A stretch of 64,000 nt of DNA from Setoptus koraiensis (GCA_048013815.1 CM106585.1:14756001-14820000), one strand, 5' to 3'; counted from the first letter of the stretch, positions 26,433 to 40,309 are shown. The notes: generated by a model from the sequence alone, not told the origin. Numbers and translations: made by a program.

Positions 26433-29400
26433 ACGGCTCGAATGGATGCGATTCGCGCGCATATTTGCGCCGAACAATATTTGCCATGTATCGAAAGGCG
26501 CATTCCAATGGTAATAGCGCGCCTAGTGACCGATCATTTGTTCACCTGGTCGCACCGTCATGCGCGTAATCGCACCAATATCCGGGTTGGCTGGCCCGCT
26601 AATTTCGCGCACACGCCCACCCCGTGCCCACGGTGCCAATAGCGCACCTTGCGGCACGGGAATAATGAAAATAATGGAAGCCGCCGATAACGATTGTTCG
26701 ATGAGATGGCCAGCCAGCCAGCCAGCGATGATTTTGTCGAAGCCGTTTCATCGACTATATCGTTCGATGAAACGGACTGCGAAATCTGACTGATCGAATC
26801 AATCTATAGATCGACTCGGCGTTCGGCGGGTATCAATTTCAGCGATATAGACACAACAACAACAACAACAACAACAACATCGACAGCAACAACGATTACG
26901 TAAAGCGCCGCTGCGGGCCCGATATAGATAGATTAGGCAACGGGATGATTTATGGCTGGGGCAAGTGAGCGAGGAATGTATGTGATTTGTTCTTTTGATT
27001 TTGACTGTCAGGCGCTGAATTTTATCGCCTATCGTCTATCGCCTATCGCTCGTCATGTGTCGTCGTGTCGTATAGCGCCGTAGTCGGCGTAGTCGTGGTA
27101 TCGGCTGATTCGGCGATCTTCTCACAACATTTACACTGTCATTTACTGTTTGCGTTTGTGCGCCAAAGAAGCCAGCGGAGCCAACGGAGCCAACGGAGCC
27201 CGCGGAGCCCGAGAAGCCAACGGAGCCAAAGAAGCGAGACAAGTTTTATCTGTGTGTGTAGTTCGGCACTCTAATTATATCGGCCTTGTCTCTGTCTATA
27301 CTTGCGTGCCAATATCAACATCAATAAACTGACAATCTTTTACTATCGTCTATAAATCAGTTCGGGATCCCTTCTCGCTGAGAAGTTCTCGCTGAGAAGT
27401 TCTCGGCGAGAACTTCTCAGGCCTCCCGCCGTCGGCTGGCGTCGCGTCGCTGTCGCTACGTCAGCCATCGCCGATGCGCTGCAGCTACCGATCGCCTTCA
27501 ATTAGCAGCCAGCTAGCTTGCCAGTCGCGGATATAATAGTCGCGGATACAATACAGTCGCGGATATAATGCAGTCGCGGATATAATACAGTCGCAAATAC
27601 GCAGATTTCTGAGCGTCGCGTTGTGTGGATCGGCAACAACTTTTGTCTGTCGCTTCCTCCTGAGCGTCGCCCGTCCGACACAAACAGACGCTCGACGTCT
27701 AATGAATCAAATGAGATCAAATAAGCAAAATTCCTGATTGACTTGCGATGCTCAGATCTCTATCATCATTGGTCTGCTATATCATTTTGCTGCACACTGA
27801 CACAATATCAGTGTGATACGCGGATATTGTCAGCGCGAGGCGCTCGCTTGGCATGCTCAGATGCCACTTTATCTCGCTATGTCGTCGCTGTCTAGCTATA
27901 TGTATCACACACACAGCCAAGTTTGGGGCGCAAGCCGAGCGAGTTGGCATGTCGAGCGAGCCGTATCGATTACACGCCGATCTGTTTATTTGCATCCATC
28001 TATACGCATCCGATCCGCCGCGATCCGCCGCGATCCGCCGCGATCCGCCGCGATCCGCCGCGATTAGCCGCGATCTGTTCGTCTGATCTGGCGCGAGTTT
28101 GCAAATTCGCAGTTCACAGTTTGTAGAGTCACAAGTAGAGTCACCGCAAACTCGATTCGCAGCCAATGCAGCCGAGTCGACCGACAACAATGCAACGCAA
28201 TCATCCATTCGGCTATTGGCGGCTCATTTCGCCGAAATGATTTCGGGCGAGCCGATCCTGTGCGAATTGAAACACTATTCGATGTCGATCGGCGACCAGA
28301 TGCAAAGCCGCCATCGCTCAGGTAACCCAAGCGCCACTTGTTGCCGGCGACGAGAGTCGATCACGCAACACAAACGCGCAACACAAACGATGACGCCAAA
28401 TTAGTGTCATTATTTGATCTAGATAGACAAATGAGATTTGTTTGTAATTGGGCTGTTTTTGTGTCAAGCTGAGCGCTTTTGCGCGGCGCTTATCCAGTGT
28501 TGTGCCCAACAGTGTTGTGTGGCTGAAATGGCTGCTCGAACTCGAAATAACGCAGTCATGACACACTACAATGGATAGTCGCAATAATCGCGACAGAGCA
28601 ATAATGACAATAATGGCTAATTGGCGCACTGTGTGACCAGCATTGTGGCATCATCGACGCGATCGTCAATATGCACCGACAATGTGTCGATTGTGTGTGA
28701 CAGCAGCAACCAGATAGGGTTACATAATAACTGACTGCATGTGATGCGTTCGCCAGCCATCGAGCCATCGAGTCATTGAGTCATAGAGTCGGCGAGTCGG
28801 CCAACAACATCGATCGATGCTGCTAATGTCATTCGGTATTGTCAGCCGGCGAATTAAACAGCAAGTGATTTCAGATCACTCGCCGACCAACTTGTCAGAT
28901 CGCTCATTGTCGGATCACTCATTGTCAGATCACTCATTGTCAGATCAACTCATTTCAGATGATATGAATAGATGATAGCGTTGCAGAAATTGGCGCTGGA
29001 ATTAGATTATCTCCATCATGCTGGCACTACGTTTGCCAGTATGCGCTAATGATGCAAACAGGCCGCACTGCCGCCAAAAAGCGGCTCGCCGGATAATTGG
29101 TCCTTGACTCGAGTGTTAAATTCATATCGCACATATCGCACTTATTGCCGCTATTATTACAATGTCGCTGTTACCATTATATAATATTATATTTGTATAT
29201 TATGTGCGATATAAATATATATTGCATTAATCTATTAGCAAGCGCCACAAGGCGACGCTGTCACTGTTATAATTTTTATTTTATATTTATATTTATATAT
29301 GTATGTGATATATACATATTATATGTAATATAGTAATGTAATATCGGCCTGTGGCTGGCGGATAAAACCTATCCAAAACCGACCAAGGCAATAATGGCCA

Positions 29401-30263
29401 GCGCCACTCACATGCGAGCGGTACGAGCAGTCATAAATGGCGATTGCTCATCATTGTCGATTAATAATGTTTGTCCCAATTAATAATCACTTGTCAAACA
29501 ACAACAACAACAACAAGTGGCTGGCCCTAACCAACAGCTGTTGGCTAGACACAATCAGCGCGCGCTAACTCGCTAGCCAACAGAGCTGAATTAGGCAGAG
29601 TTAGCCAACTCAGGCTAACTCACGCTAACGCTGGCTAATTCAGCTCTTAATTAGAGTCTCTAATGAGCTCTAATCAGCTGGCTAGACGCCATTGGCATCG
29701 TTGTGGCGTCGGCGTCGGCGTCGCCATCGCAAACAAGCCCGCTTGCTGCACTTTCAATACACAATGCACGATATATTGCGATTGTAGATATATTATTGTA
29801 GATATTGTAGATATATTATTGTGGATATTGTAGATATATTATTGTAGATATTGTATACCAAATATAGTGCGTAGACGTATATTGATTTTGTGTTTTATGA
29901 CGACGATTATTAATTCGTCGTCAATTGTTAATTATAACCAATATATAACGACGACGAATATAATAACGACGCCACACTAAAATCTATCCATAAATCTATA
30001 GATCACTCGTTCATTAGCGAAATAGCAACTCACAATAGCCAGTGACACAAAACCGCCGGCAAGCGCCATCTGCTCCGGCATGCTCAATAAATATCATCAA
30101 ATGAATGGCTACAAATACAATCAATGGATCACTGGCAGGCCCATTATCCCAATTATCTGTGGCTCTATCCGGCTGCTTAATTGCCGCAAGCTCGCCGGCT
30201 GGCGGCGTCAATTATTGTGCGCCGCCCGCCGAGCTGGTTGGACATTTCGTTGGACACACTCAC

Positions 30264-30405
30264 ATATTTATACGTATATTTATACGTATATTTATACGTT
30301 ATATTTATACGTTTATCCTGTCGCACTTACGCTCGCACTTACGCTCGCACTTACGCTCGCATTTATACCCGCATTTATACTCGCATTTATACTCGCATTT
30401 ATACT
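30264..30405. repeat. Compound 12-nt minisatellite (TATATTTATACG, then CGCACTTACGCT, then CGCATTTATACT)
   Basis: Three adjacent blocks share a period of 12. Confidence 0.85.
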
Positions 30406-30772
30406 TGTATTTGTATTTGCGCCCCCGCATTCGTGCCGGCGTTTGCGCTTATACACCGCAACTCACATTTATATTTAGATATAATTATATTCTTTCATAC
30501 ATGTACCGTGTATTGGCGCGTTTAATGGCGCGCGCCATCGCACAACCGCAGCGCAACAACCCGATAGCGCCAATTACAATAATTTACAATCGACAACAAT
30601 CAACAATCGACAATAATAATGGGCCAGCTCTAATCGACTGTGCCAGCCTCGTCGAAATGCCAGCCGGCGACTGTCACTCAATTGATTGTCTAATAACTAT
30701 CATGCGACTGTCAATGGCTCGACAATGCGACCGTCAATGGCTCGACAATATCGCGCTGACGTGTCTACTTAC

Positions 30773-31453
30773 GCAATTGCTGTTGGCGGTGGTTGTGTTC
30801 TTTGCTGCTTTCACTGCTTCTTGCTGGTCGTCGTCGTCGTCGTCGTCGTCGTCGTTCTCTTCTTCCGTTTCTTCTGCCAACTCTTCTGACGACTCTTCTG
30901 CCAATTCTTGTCGGGCTGCTTCTTGTCGGGCCGCTTCTGGCTGCGAATCTGCTTGCTGCCAATTCATGAGCGTCGCGCCGTCTTCTTGCTCTTCTCTATC
31001 ATTGTTGTCCAGCTCTGTAGCCGCACTATCTGTATTATTGTGATTATTGTGATCTGAAAGTGAATTATTTTCAACAACAGCGGCCTCTATTTCCTTCTGA
31101 GCGGCCGCTTGAGCAGCTTGTGGCAGCTTGTGATCAGCTGATTTGAGCGACTTGCCACATTTGGCTGTGTCATCATCATTTGAATGCTGTTTACTTGATT
31201 GTTGTTGTTCGTCTTTTTCAATCTTGTGCTGGTCTTGGTCTTGGTCTTGGTTGTCGTTGTCTGCCATTGAGCAATTGTCGTCGTCGTCGTCGTTGTCGTC
31301 GCCGTTGTTGTTGTCGTTATTTGTCATTGAGCACTTGTCATCGTCGCTGTTGTTTGCTTCTTCTTCTTCTTCTGCTATTGCTGCCTGCTTTATAGATGCT
31401 GCTACCGGCGCCACCGTTGCCATTTGCACTGTGTCGTCTTCGCAACTCTTCAT
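30773..31453 (-). CDS. Probable coding exon of an unidentified D/E/N/Q-rich, likely disordered protein (MKSCEDDTVQMATVAP...EEETEEENDDDDDDDDQQEAVKAAKNTTTANSNC)
   Basis: Part of ORF 30734-31552(-). GAC/GAA/AAC repeats read in frame as D/E/N runs. A strong donor TGC|GTAAGT (GT at 30772-30771) falls exactly on a codon boundary. ATG at 31453; the exon could instead begin at the CTAATTAG acceptor near 31564. No recognisable domain. Confidence 0.6.
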
Positions 31454-32167
31454 GGTAATGACGATGATGATGACGATGATGATGACGATGATACGCCGAT
31501 AGTGACGGTGATGCAATGAGCGGCGCACAATACAGGGACAATACAGTGACAACAGTAATTGGTGCTAATTAGTCGATCGATTTATTGATTAATTTAATTG
31601 ATTATTACTAGAAATCAGTTATAGATAGATAGTTATAGATGTGCGTTCGAACGCAATCGAACCGATTTGAACTGAACTGAACTCAACCGAACCGAACCGA
31701 GCCGAACTGAACTGATCTCGCTGCAGTTGATGAGATTGTACGCCGAGATTGGCCGAGTGGGGAAAACACACACATTAACTCGCACACTGAGTCTGCGCAA
31801 TAACTTGTCTTCTTTTTTTCCACATAACTAAGCTCGCTACGCAACCACGCCGCTTCCCCCGCCAGCACCCCCGCTCGCCTGTGCGACCCCCTCCCTTCAT
31901 ATTGTCAACTGTTCACGTTATGACACACACTCCTGGAAACACACACACGCACACACTCTTGGAAACGCACACACGCACACACTCTTGGAAACGCACACAC
32001 ACACGCGTATTGAGTAGACAAACCAACTCATCATTGTCCCTGTCGAACGAGTCACACATAAACACTCAGAAATGTACACAAATGACAAAGAGATAGACAG
32101 ACGGGCACACATTGGCATAAATAATAATAATAAGCTGTTAACGAATAACAATAATGCGCGACGAAAT

Positions 32168-32262
32168 ATCTGCACTAGCGATTTTAACCAATCAAAATAC
32201 AATGCAATACGCGACGAATCTGCACTAGCGATTTTAACCAATCAAAATACAATGCAATACGC
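32168..32262. repeat. 45-bp exact direct duplication (period 50), each copy containing AACCAATCA
   Basis: 32168-32212 is identical to 32218-32262. Confidence 0.95.
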
Positions 32263-35200
32263 TCCGATACCGTGCCAAAGTGCGCACAGTCGCCAAAAAT
32301 GACTTGTGCGCACAAGCACAGCGCCGATCGAACAAACGATCGATTCGATCATCGGCCAATACGCACACTCGATTTGACCTATATCGGCGCCACTCAATCG
32401 ATCATTGGCTGCAATCGATTGATCATCGACACACAATCGCGTTATAGGCCTACTTTTTACCAACCCCTTCAGTGGCCATTCAGTGGTGCATTTTAATCAG
32501 TTTTTTCTTTCGCAACACTCGCCAACTCCGCCATCTGGCGCCAATCGAGGCGAGGCCACACTCTGACCACTGCGACTGTCATTCCAATCGTATTTTATCC
32601 ATCGAGCGACGATCATTCGAGAGTCTTCATTCGCAATTGTCAGTGTTTTCATCCATCCTCGATCGAATCACCGATCGATTTCTCACTCAACTGCCGAATC
32701 TGTGCATAACGCATGCATTGCAATAGGTGAAATATTGCCCGCTCGACTGTGCTAGCCGCAAGCCCAAAATCCACGTAACATTACGCAATCCGAGCGCTGT
32801 TATCGTGCGTTTGTTGCTACTGTCACAATGGCATTGTGTCAACTCGATCACAATCGCCGACCTAAATTTAAATCTGTCACTGGCCAGCACATGTGACTGC
32901 ACTGGTGACCGTACACACACACAAGACGGCAATGTTTACATCGAGCAACAACAGCAGATATATGCAGTGTGCAGTAGCGCCATTTCGTGGCGACACTGGC
33001 GCCCCCTAGTGCCGAGAAAAAGCAGTCTCCCAAGCAGTCAGGTTGAATTGGTGGACTTTGAATGGGAACGCGGCGTTGCTCGAAATTGCGGAATTGCTCG
33101 AATTGCTCAATAAATTGTCGCCGCTGTTTTGGCCGTCGACATTGTCGAGTGGCGAGAAACGCGCGACAAAAACAACAAAAAACAATTTGTTTGTTGTTGT
33201 TGTTGTTTTTCCATGATTTATGGTTTATATTTGCATTGGACGGGCCGCTGTTGGCCCGTCAAATGGAAGCGCGTTTGTTTGCGCACAAAACAATCAAGTC
33301 GCGAAAGCTGATCGCTTTCTTTCTAGCCGACTGACTGTCGTCTATCCAAACAATCAAACGGACACAACTCAATAACGGCAAATATTGGCCGTCGTTAATA
33401 CGTCTGGCGGGCGGCTTGTGAGCTAGTGTTCTAGTTGACATAACGCTCGTCGGCCAGTTTGTCGCCGAGTCGCTCGGCTGGCGCTTTTGTGCCATTAGGG
33501 CCCCCGCTACATAAATAATAACAAGACACGATAATAATTTTTATATAGCTCAATGAGTAGTAAGTAAGTGGAAACAGAGAGAGAGAGAGAGCGACCGAGA
33601 GAGGGCAAAGTGGCCAGCGGTCATCGTGGCGCGCGTACTTAAGCTGGCCGGTGGCGCTGGTGTCGCGCTGGCCCGCGCAACGTGCTCGCTGCCACGTACT
33701 GGCACGAGCGCGGATTGATCGGAAGCGGTCCTATATCGGGCCATCGCCTATAGTGCGTGCTGGCTGTGTTATGATTATCACTATTATCATCGGGCCCATC
33801 TATCCATTGAGAGCCAATAACAACAATAACAAGGCCGCCTATCGGTCATGGCGCGCCAAGTGTGCCATTGGTTGCATGGGCCGCCGTTGGTGTGCCGTGT
33901 GCGCCGGCACGACGAAACGGCACAATGGAGGGGGCCAAATGAATGGTCGAAATGAATAAATTACAACACAGTAACAATTGACTGGCGCGACAAAAATGAA
34001 TGACCATTTGGAGTGGCTCCAAATGGGGGCCCCTCCAAATGGGGCGATATTGTGCGCACTGCGCTCTCTGCCGCATATAACATGCAGAGAGCGATGATAA
34101 AGAAATGAGGGGTCACTACTTTTGAGCCGAGTGCTGATGATCAATAGCCACTTTGCTCGCTTTGCACATATCCGCATGTATTTGCGCTGTATGCGCACGT
34201 ATGTATTTGTATTATATGTGCCACTCGAAACGAAATGATCGCTCGAACGGATGAGACAGAATAATGTTAATGACGCAACGCGATACAAACAACAAAAGAA
34301 GGACGAATGTGTGTGACAATTTTTTTCTTCATCTATTCAACATTGTCATTGTTGCTGTTTATGTATGAGCTGGTGCGCGCTGCCCGTCGCTTGGCGCTGC
34401 CCGTCGCTCGGGCCGGCCGTCGCTCGGGCTGGCCAGCAGAGAAGCGCCAAGCGACGGCCGGCCCGCCGAGAGACTGACAGAGAGGCAAGAAGAAGAAGAG
34501 AACCGATTGTAATTAACTAATGCCATTATCATAATCATTATTACCACTAGCGAGCGGGGGCCAACTGATGGTCGTCATTATTATTATACTATAACAACAA
34601 TAATAATATCGCGCCGTTCACGTCTGTCCTATATGCGCGCGTATACGCGCACCAGTATATGGCACCATTTGGGGCGCATTAGATCGTTGCCATGATACAT
34701 ACAAATTGGCAAACGGTCTGCGTATTGCGCCCACGGTTGCCTATTGCCGGCCGGCCACAATAAATCTATAGCCGCAGTTATATATTTGGGCTGAATGCAT
34801 TTCGTCCAGCCGAATGTATTTGCGGCTGGGTATTGCGCGGCGCGGATACGGGACCGGGTCGGTCGGGCTGGAATCGGGCTCGGCGGCAAATACGTTCGAG
34901 TGCAATGCTCGGGCCGGGCGCAGCGGCTTCTAAATGCGCCCCAACGTCACAATGTCCAGAGCAGGGAGTGGCCGATGGCACGTTCGGCTCGACATTGCCG
35001 GACAGTTCGGCGCGCGAATGGTCGCTGTCCGGCGGCCGCATTCGAGTGCTTCGACGGGCAGCTTTTGTTCTGTCATTGTCATTGTGTGCGCGGGTGCAAT
35101 TGTCTGGCTGCTGTCGTTTATTGCTCACTCTCTGAATTCCTAATTCGATGCCCGTGTGAAAAGTCGGCCCCGCTGGATGCGACCGGCCGAAACTGGCCGA

Positions 35201-38200
35201 AACTGGCCAAATTGAGCCGGCCCGGCGCTGGCCAGCTCGCCAGCGCCGCTTGCGTCACTGATGAGCTCAACAGCCGCCCCCCGAAAGAAGCAGAAGCCAG
35301 TGACACAACGACAAACAACTGACAACTCGAAACCATTGGCAACAATCATTGAATAATCATTGATCTTGCGCGCAACGCGCTGACCGCACAGCGTATACGC
35401 GTATGCGCCGGGTGCACGAGAGTGGACACAAACAAAGAGATTATCGTCGTTGTTTGAATGAGAATCAAAAATGGGAATCATCATTAATTTAAGTGCATCA
35501 CCGAGCAGCGCTACTTACCGCGCGCCGGCGCTAATATTGCGGCGCTGGCGGGCGCACTCACGTTCGCACTTTCTACGTGGTCTGCCTATTATATAGATTA
35601 TTTATTGTAATATCTATTTATATTATTATAACTGAACTTAAGTGAGATGGCCTGAAAAGATGCAAGATAATTATAATGATGCCAGCGCCGGCCAATGAGT
35701 GATGGGCCGGCAATTAGGCGCCCGCGCGCCTTTCCGGGGCCCTCGGTCGGCCGTCGGTGGGCTTTTTGCGGGCCGTCGGTCGGCCGTCGGCGGGCTTTGG
35801 GGCGGCGTTCAGCGGGTCGGCGCAGCGCCCGCGCGCAATATCTGCGCAATATCTGGCCGGCCTAATCTGGAGCTGACAATAAATAATACAACGACACACA
35901 ATGACAAAATGGCCCGACCATCAGCGTTATATCAGCAACAAAATGATGATATAATGACCGCGATAAAAAGCTATCGTGACCGCAAAAAGTGCCTATACTC
36001 ACGACGCTATCTTTGCGCCATCTCGCGCTATCTGTGGCCGGCAATTTTTGCCAGCCACTGGCCCCCACAACTGGACACCTATGGTCGTGCTATCGGCGCA
36101 GGTATGTAGCTGACACTATACGATTTTGCGTCGCGATATAGTAACTTACTGCTGGCATAATATAATACCGGTATGACATAATACTATATCCATAATAGAT
36201 AATGACGATTTGATGTCTGATAATTTTTAGTGAGTTTTTTAGTGTGCGCGCGCGCGTGCACAATTGATTGCAATTTGCCGCGTGCGCGTGCAGGTGAGAG
36301 GCGCGCAAGTGGCGGCACAGAGCGCTCACAAACTTGCAATTGTCAGCCGAAAAATAACTCAAAACTCACAAATATATGCAACAATAATGACATAATGATA
36401 CACGTAACAATGACGGGCCAATAATTGGCCGACCGGGCCGCACACATGCAAAATATTAATGATTTTTTAAAATTTCTGAGGAGGCCATTGTTAATGCCAA
36501 GTTGTCGCAGCATCGTACATCGGCGCGCGTTGCGCACGAACAGGATACGCGCAGTCATAATGGCAGGGCCCCAATGGAGCAGCGACTAATGTGCGGCTCA
36601 TTTACAACCGCCGTGTCGCCGTCTCTGCCAATGTGTGCCGCCGTTGGTGCCTTTGTGCCGTGTGCCCGGTGGGCGTAGGCTGCGCGCACGTCCGCCCAAC
36701 AGCGCGCCTCGTCGGGGGCGACCTGTCGAAAGTCAAATGTGACAATAGCAGCAATTGTTAGCGATAGGGGGGGGTGCGGTCAATTGGCAACAGCGATGGG
36801 CGCCCTCGAGCGAGCGGCTCACGGTGGCCAATTGTCCGGTGGCGGCGGAAGTGCGCAGTGCGACACGTAGTGGCCAGCACCGGACAACAAACGAACGACT
36901 GCACTTGCAAGCGAACAACTTGCGCAACAACTGTCAGAATCGTATCAACAGCAATGATAAATTATGAGACGCTATTGATTGGCCAATGAGTGGCCATTGT
37001 TGTTGCGTCAAAACGCTTATTGTTTTGCTCGGGTCAGCTGAGCGAGCCGACGCCCACGATCGCGATATTGTCACTTGAGCCGCGAGCCCGAACGAGGGCG
37101 CCCCCTTTGTTTATAACCGTGCTCATCACTTATAAACTTATAAGTTATGAGTTGTAACAGCGATTAGAAGCTGCGAAATTCATCAACTGAAACCGGCTCG
37201 TTGCTGGCGCTGACAATTGCGCGCCCGTGTTTCGCTTGACCCGACCCGATGATGACAATCGCACAAGTCGCCCGCAACTCGCACAAACCCGGTCAAACAA
37301 ACGGGCGGCTTGCGTGCCAGCGCGCATCGCTGCCAGTTTGCGCCACTTCCGGTCCAGCGGCTGACAATTGTGAGTTGCGAGCGAACCGAACTGATCAAAT
37401 CGCTGGTATGACAACAGTTGATTCGCAATCAACAGTGACAACTAATGACGATACACACAATGAGCGCGTCTCAATAACAACAAAAATGGGCGAGGGGCCA
37501 ACTGTTATGGTGATATTTTGACCGTACGTGCCGCGGCAGTTGAGCGCCGTCGGCCACGTACGCGCCGCCACGCGGTTATTAGTTTGGCTGGTTCGTCGGG
37601 CCGGTTGCGATGGCTGTGTTATCATGATACGATATCATGTTTTATCCGCATGTTTCCACTAGCTGGCGGCGCGCATGGCGCGCCGTGCGGGCAGGTGATG
37701 CGGGCGGCAATCACGCGGTAATCACGCGGCGGCCGCCGCCAGCAGCCCGAGAGGCAACCGCGAGGCGCCGCCGTGGCCTTGCAAGGGGGCGCTCGCTAAT
37801 GCGCGTCTCGCGCATTGTCTCTCCATCGTATATCGTAAGTTATATAAGGCAGCTGCTTTGTTGCGGTGGCCGCTGTTGCGAGTGTGAGAGGCCCGCCAAA
37901 AGGAGCAGCCGAAGCTCGCGAGAAGCGGCCGACAGAAGCTCGAGAAAAGAAGCGGCCGAGAGAAGCTCGAGTTTGCTTGCGAGCGACTCGGCCGTTCGCA
38001 GGTCCGTTGGAGAGCCGTGCCCCGGTGCGGCGCCGATCGGAATCAATTTCGAATCGAGTTTGTTCGCGGAGGAAGCAGCGCCACTTTCGAACGCTCCGAA
38101 CGCCTCGTAGTGCGAACGCCTCGTAGTCCGAACGCCTCGTAGTGCGAACGCTCCAGAGTCCGAAGCGTTCGAGGTTCGGGCCGGCGAGTGAGAAAATCTC

Positions 38201-38924
38201 TGCCCCCTCTGGCGGCCGTTCGCACAGGCACGTAGGGCGCCATGTCGGGTCGCCCGGAGAAGCCAGTTGGATATTGTCATCATTGTATGATAATTAAATG
38301 GCCCATTACGGCGCTATAATATAAGAACAGCTATAATAATAGAATATAATGCAATGGCAGTGGCGACATAATATGATAACGGTGCGCGACGGAAACACAT
38401 TAGCGTCAAAGTCGGTATAGATTGGGTGTCGAATGTCGCCCATTCATCGACAGCTATTTGGGTGTTTGGACAAAACGAAGCAAGCGCTGCAATTTGCAAT
38501 TTGAACGTTTCAACAAATGTCAACAATTACAACACTATTTGCAGTTTGATGCGGCCCCGTTGATTGCGTCATGCAAATCAACGGGCAAATTGCTGGCGAC
38601 GACGCACACAAGCGCAACGTTGGCCCAATTGACGGGCCCCAATTGAACGTTTCAACAAATTGTTGATCCCTTTTCAATGTCGCTGCATTGTTTCACAATT
38701 GCGAGCTGGCCCCAGCCGAATAAGCCCGCAGATACAAAAACAAGGCAATAAAAGTTGCTGCTGTTACCAAAACTGAGCGTGCTTACGTAACAAGCGGGCG
38801 TGATTGCGGGCCGAGCCGACGCAACAACTCAGTCAGCGGGCTAATATATACAGTCATCGCATAGTCGTCGTACGCAGTCGCGCCGGGGAAAAAGACCAAA
38901 AATACCTGGCCAACAATTTTTTGA

Positions 38925-39152
38925 GAGAGAGAGAGAGGAAACGAGAGAAAAACAAGACGCTCGCCGGCTGATTTATTGGCCATTGAAACGACTGCGAGCG
39001 ACAGGCCGGTTGCTCACGAGCATCGGATGCCGTACGAGCACGACGATATTCACAAGTCGGGGATATTTATTGAGGATATTGCTCAAGATAATGATGACGA
39101 CGATAAAGCCGAGCGGCTTAATGAACAACAACAGCAAGCCTATTTATGCTAA
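38925..39152 (+). CDS. Candidate terminal exon (..SPADLLAIETTASDRPVAHEHRMPYEHDDIHKSGIFIEDIAQDNDDDDKAERLNEQQQQAYLC*)
   Basis: 76-codon open frame without a start codon, so absent from the ORF track. Protein-like acidic composition. Bounded upstream by a TGA near a T-rich possible acceptor. No homology recognised. Confidence 0.3.
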   Translation, partial: ERERGNERKTRRSPADLLAIETTASDRPVAHEHRMPYEHDDIHKSGIFIEDIAQDNDDDDKAERLNEQQQQAYLC

Positions 39153-39917
39153 TGAGCTGGCCGTTTTATACTCACTATATACTGCTGGCAGCGTTTATCC
39201 GTCAGCGTGTCAACTCTGGGCCACTGGCTGGCGGTGGCAAGTTTGGGTGGCCGCCGCCAGTTGATAATGCGCTTGTTTTTGCCATGTTTATTGGAATAAT
39301 CGCCCGTGTCATTGGACACCCAAATGAGCCGACCGCCGGCCAGAGATAAACGGCCGATAAAAAGTTGATCGGCTGATCGGTGTTGAAACGCGATAAGCTG
39401 TGGGCAATATGGCGCGACAAGGAACGAACACAAGATGAAATTGAAAAATTTTCAAATCTGGCCGAAGGGCGGCCAGCAAAGCGTTGCAGCCCGAACCCGA
39501 CCCGCGAGCACAGTTTGCCGGCAGTTTTCGCGCAGTTTTCGGCCAGTTTTCGGGCAGTTTGCGAGCCGAGTGCCCACAAAATGCGAGCTATGGCGAGACA
39601 TGGCGAGACATGGCGAGATATGGCGAGATGTGGCGAGATGTGGCGAGATATGGCGAGATCGGGTGTGTCGTTGTCCAGTGCGGGCTACTTGCGGCTACCA
39701 GTTTTTATGTGATGATATTAGTTTTAGCACTAGTTGGCTAATCGTCAACAAACGACGATGAAGAAGATCCTGTTTTAGTGAATAATGCAATTAATTATTA
39801 ATTATTATCATCTGTCTATGGCTCGGCTGACAACATTGATCGGCCGGCCAGGTTGTAAATTATAAAGGCAACAGCTCGACAGCTTGCGACAACACACAAG
39901 CGGGAGTCGGGTTACCA

Positions 39918-40041
39918 ATGGCCAGCAGCACAGGTGAGCCAGAACAGGTGATGCGACTGCGACTGAGTCACTGGAGGCGACAAACGAGTATCGCATCGCT
40001 AAATGTGAACGCGAAGCTGCTGCTGCCGCGGCTGCGGCCAG
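39918..40041 (+). CDS. Candidate first coding exon (MASSTGEPEQVMRLRLSHWRRQTSIASLNVNAKLLLPRLRP)
   Basis: CCAATGG start context, open frame of 41 codons + 1 nt, strong donor CAG|GTGAGT at 40042. Phase 1 matches the open frame of the next candidate exon. No homology recognised. Confidence 0.4.
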
Positions 40042-40064
40042 GTGAGTCTGTTAGGACAGATATG

Positions 40065-40078
40065 GTTGCTATAGTGAC
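40065..40078. promoter_or_regulatory. RFX X-box match GTTGCTATAGTGAC
   Basis: Fits RTHNYY-WT-RRNRAC (reverse complement GTCACTATAGCAAC). Lies in the inferred first intron 40042-40152. Confidence 0.35.
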
Positions 40079-40152
40079 CGCATGACGGTATAGTCAATTG
40101 AACACACAACAACAAACAGATCATAATTTGTTATTATCTTTTAAATTTGCAG

Positions 40153-40309
40153 ATAGCCTCGTCCGTTCGGCCGCCACCACCACCAACAACAACAACAGCG
40201 GCCACAGCAGCCACAACAACAGCCGCAACAACAGCAACCGCATCAACAACGACAACAACAGCAGCAACAACAGCGCCAGCAACAGCGCCAACAACAACGA
40301 CACGCCAAG
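40153..40309 (+). CDS. Candidate second exon, Asn/Ser-rich (DSLVRSAATTTNNNNSGHSSHNN...NNDTP)
   Basis: Acceptor TTTTAAATTTGCAG (AG 40151-40152), donor AAG|GTAAAC at 40310, giving a 111-nt intron from 40042. Phase 1 entry is open whereas phase 2 entry hits TAG at once. Confidence 0.4.

Noticed and set aside
30105-31043. 312-aa plus-strand ORF
   Set aside because: Shadow of the acidic minus-strand exon plus the 12-nt array; its Ser/Cys runs mirror GAC/GAA repeats on the other strand.
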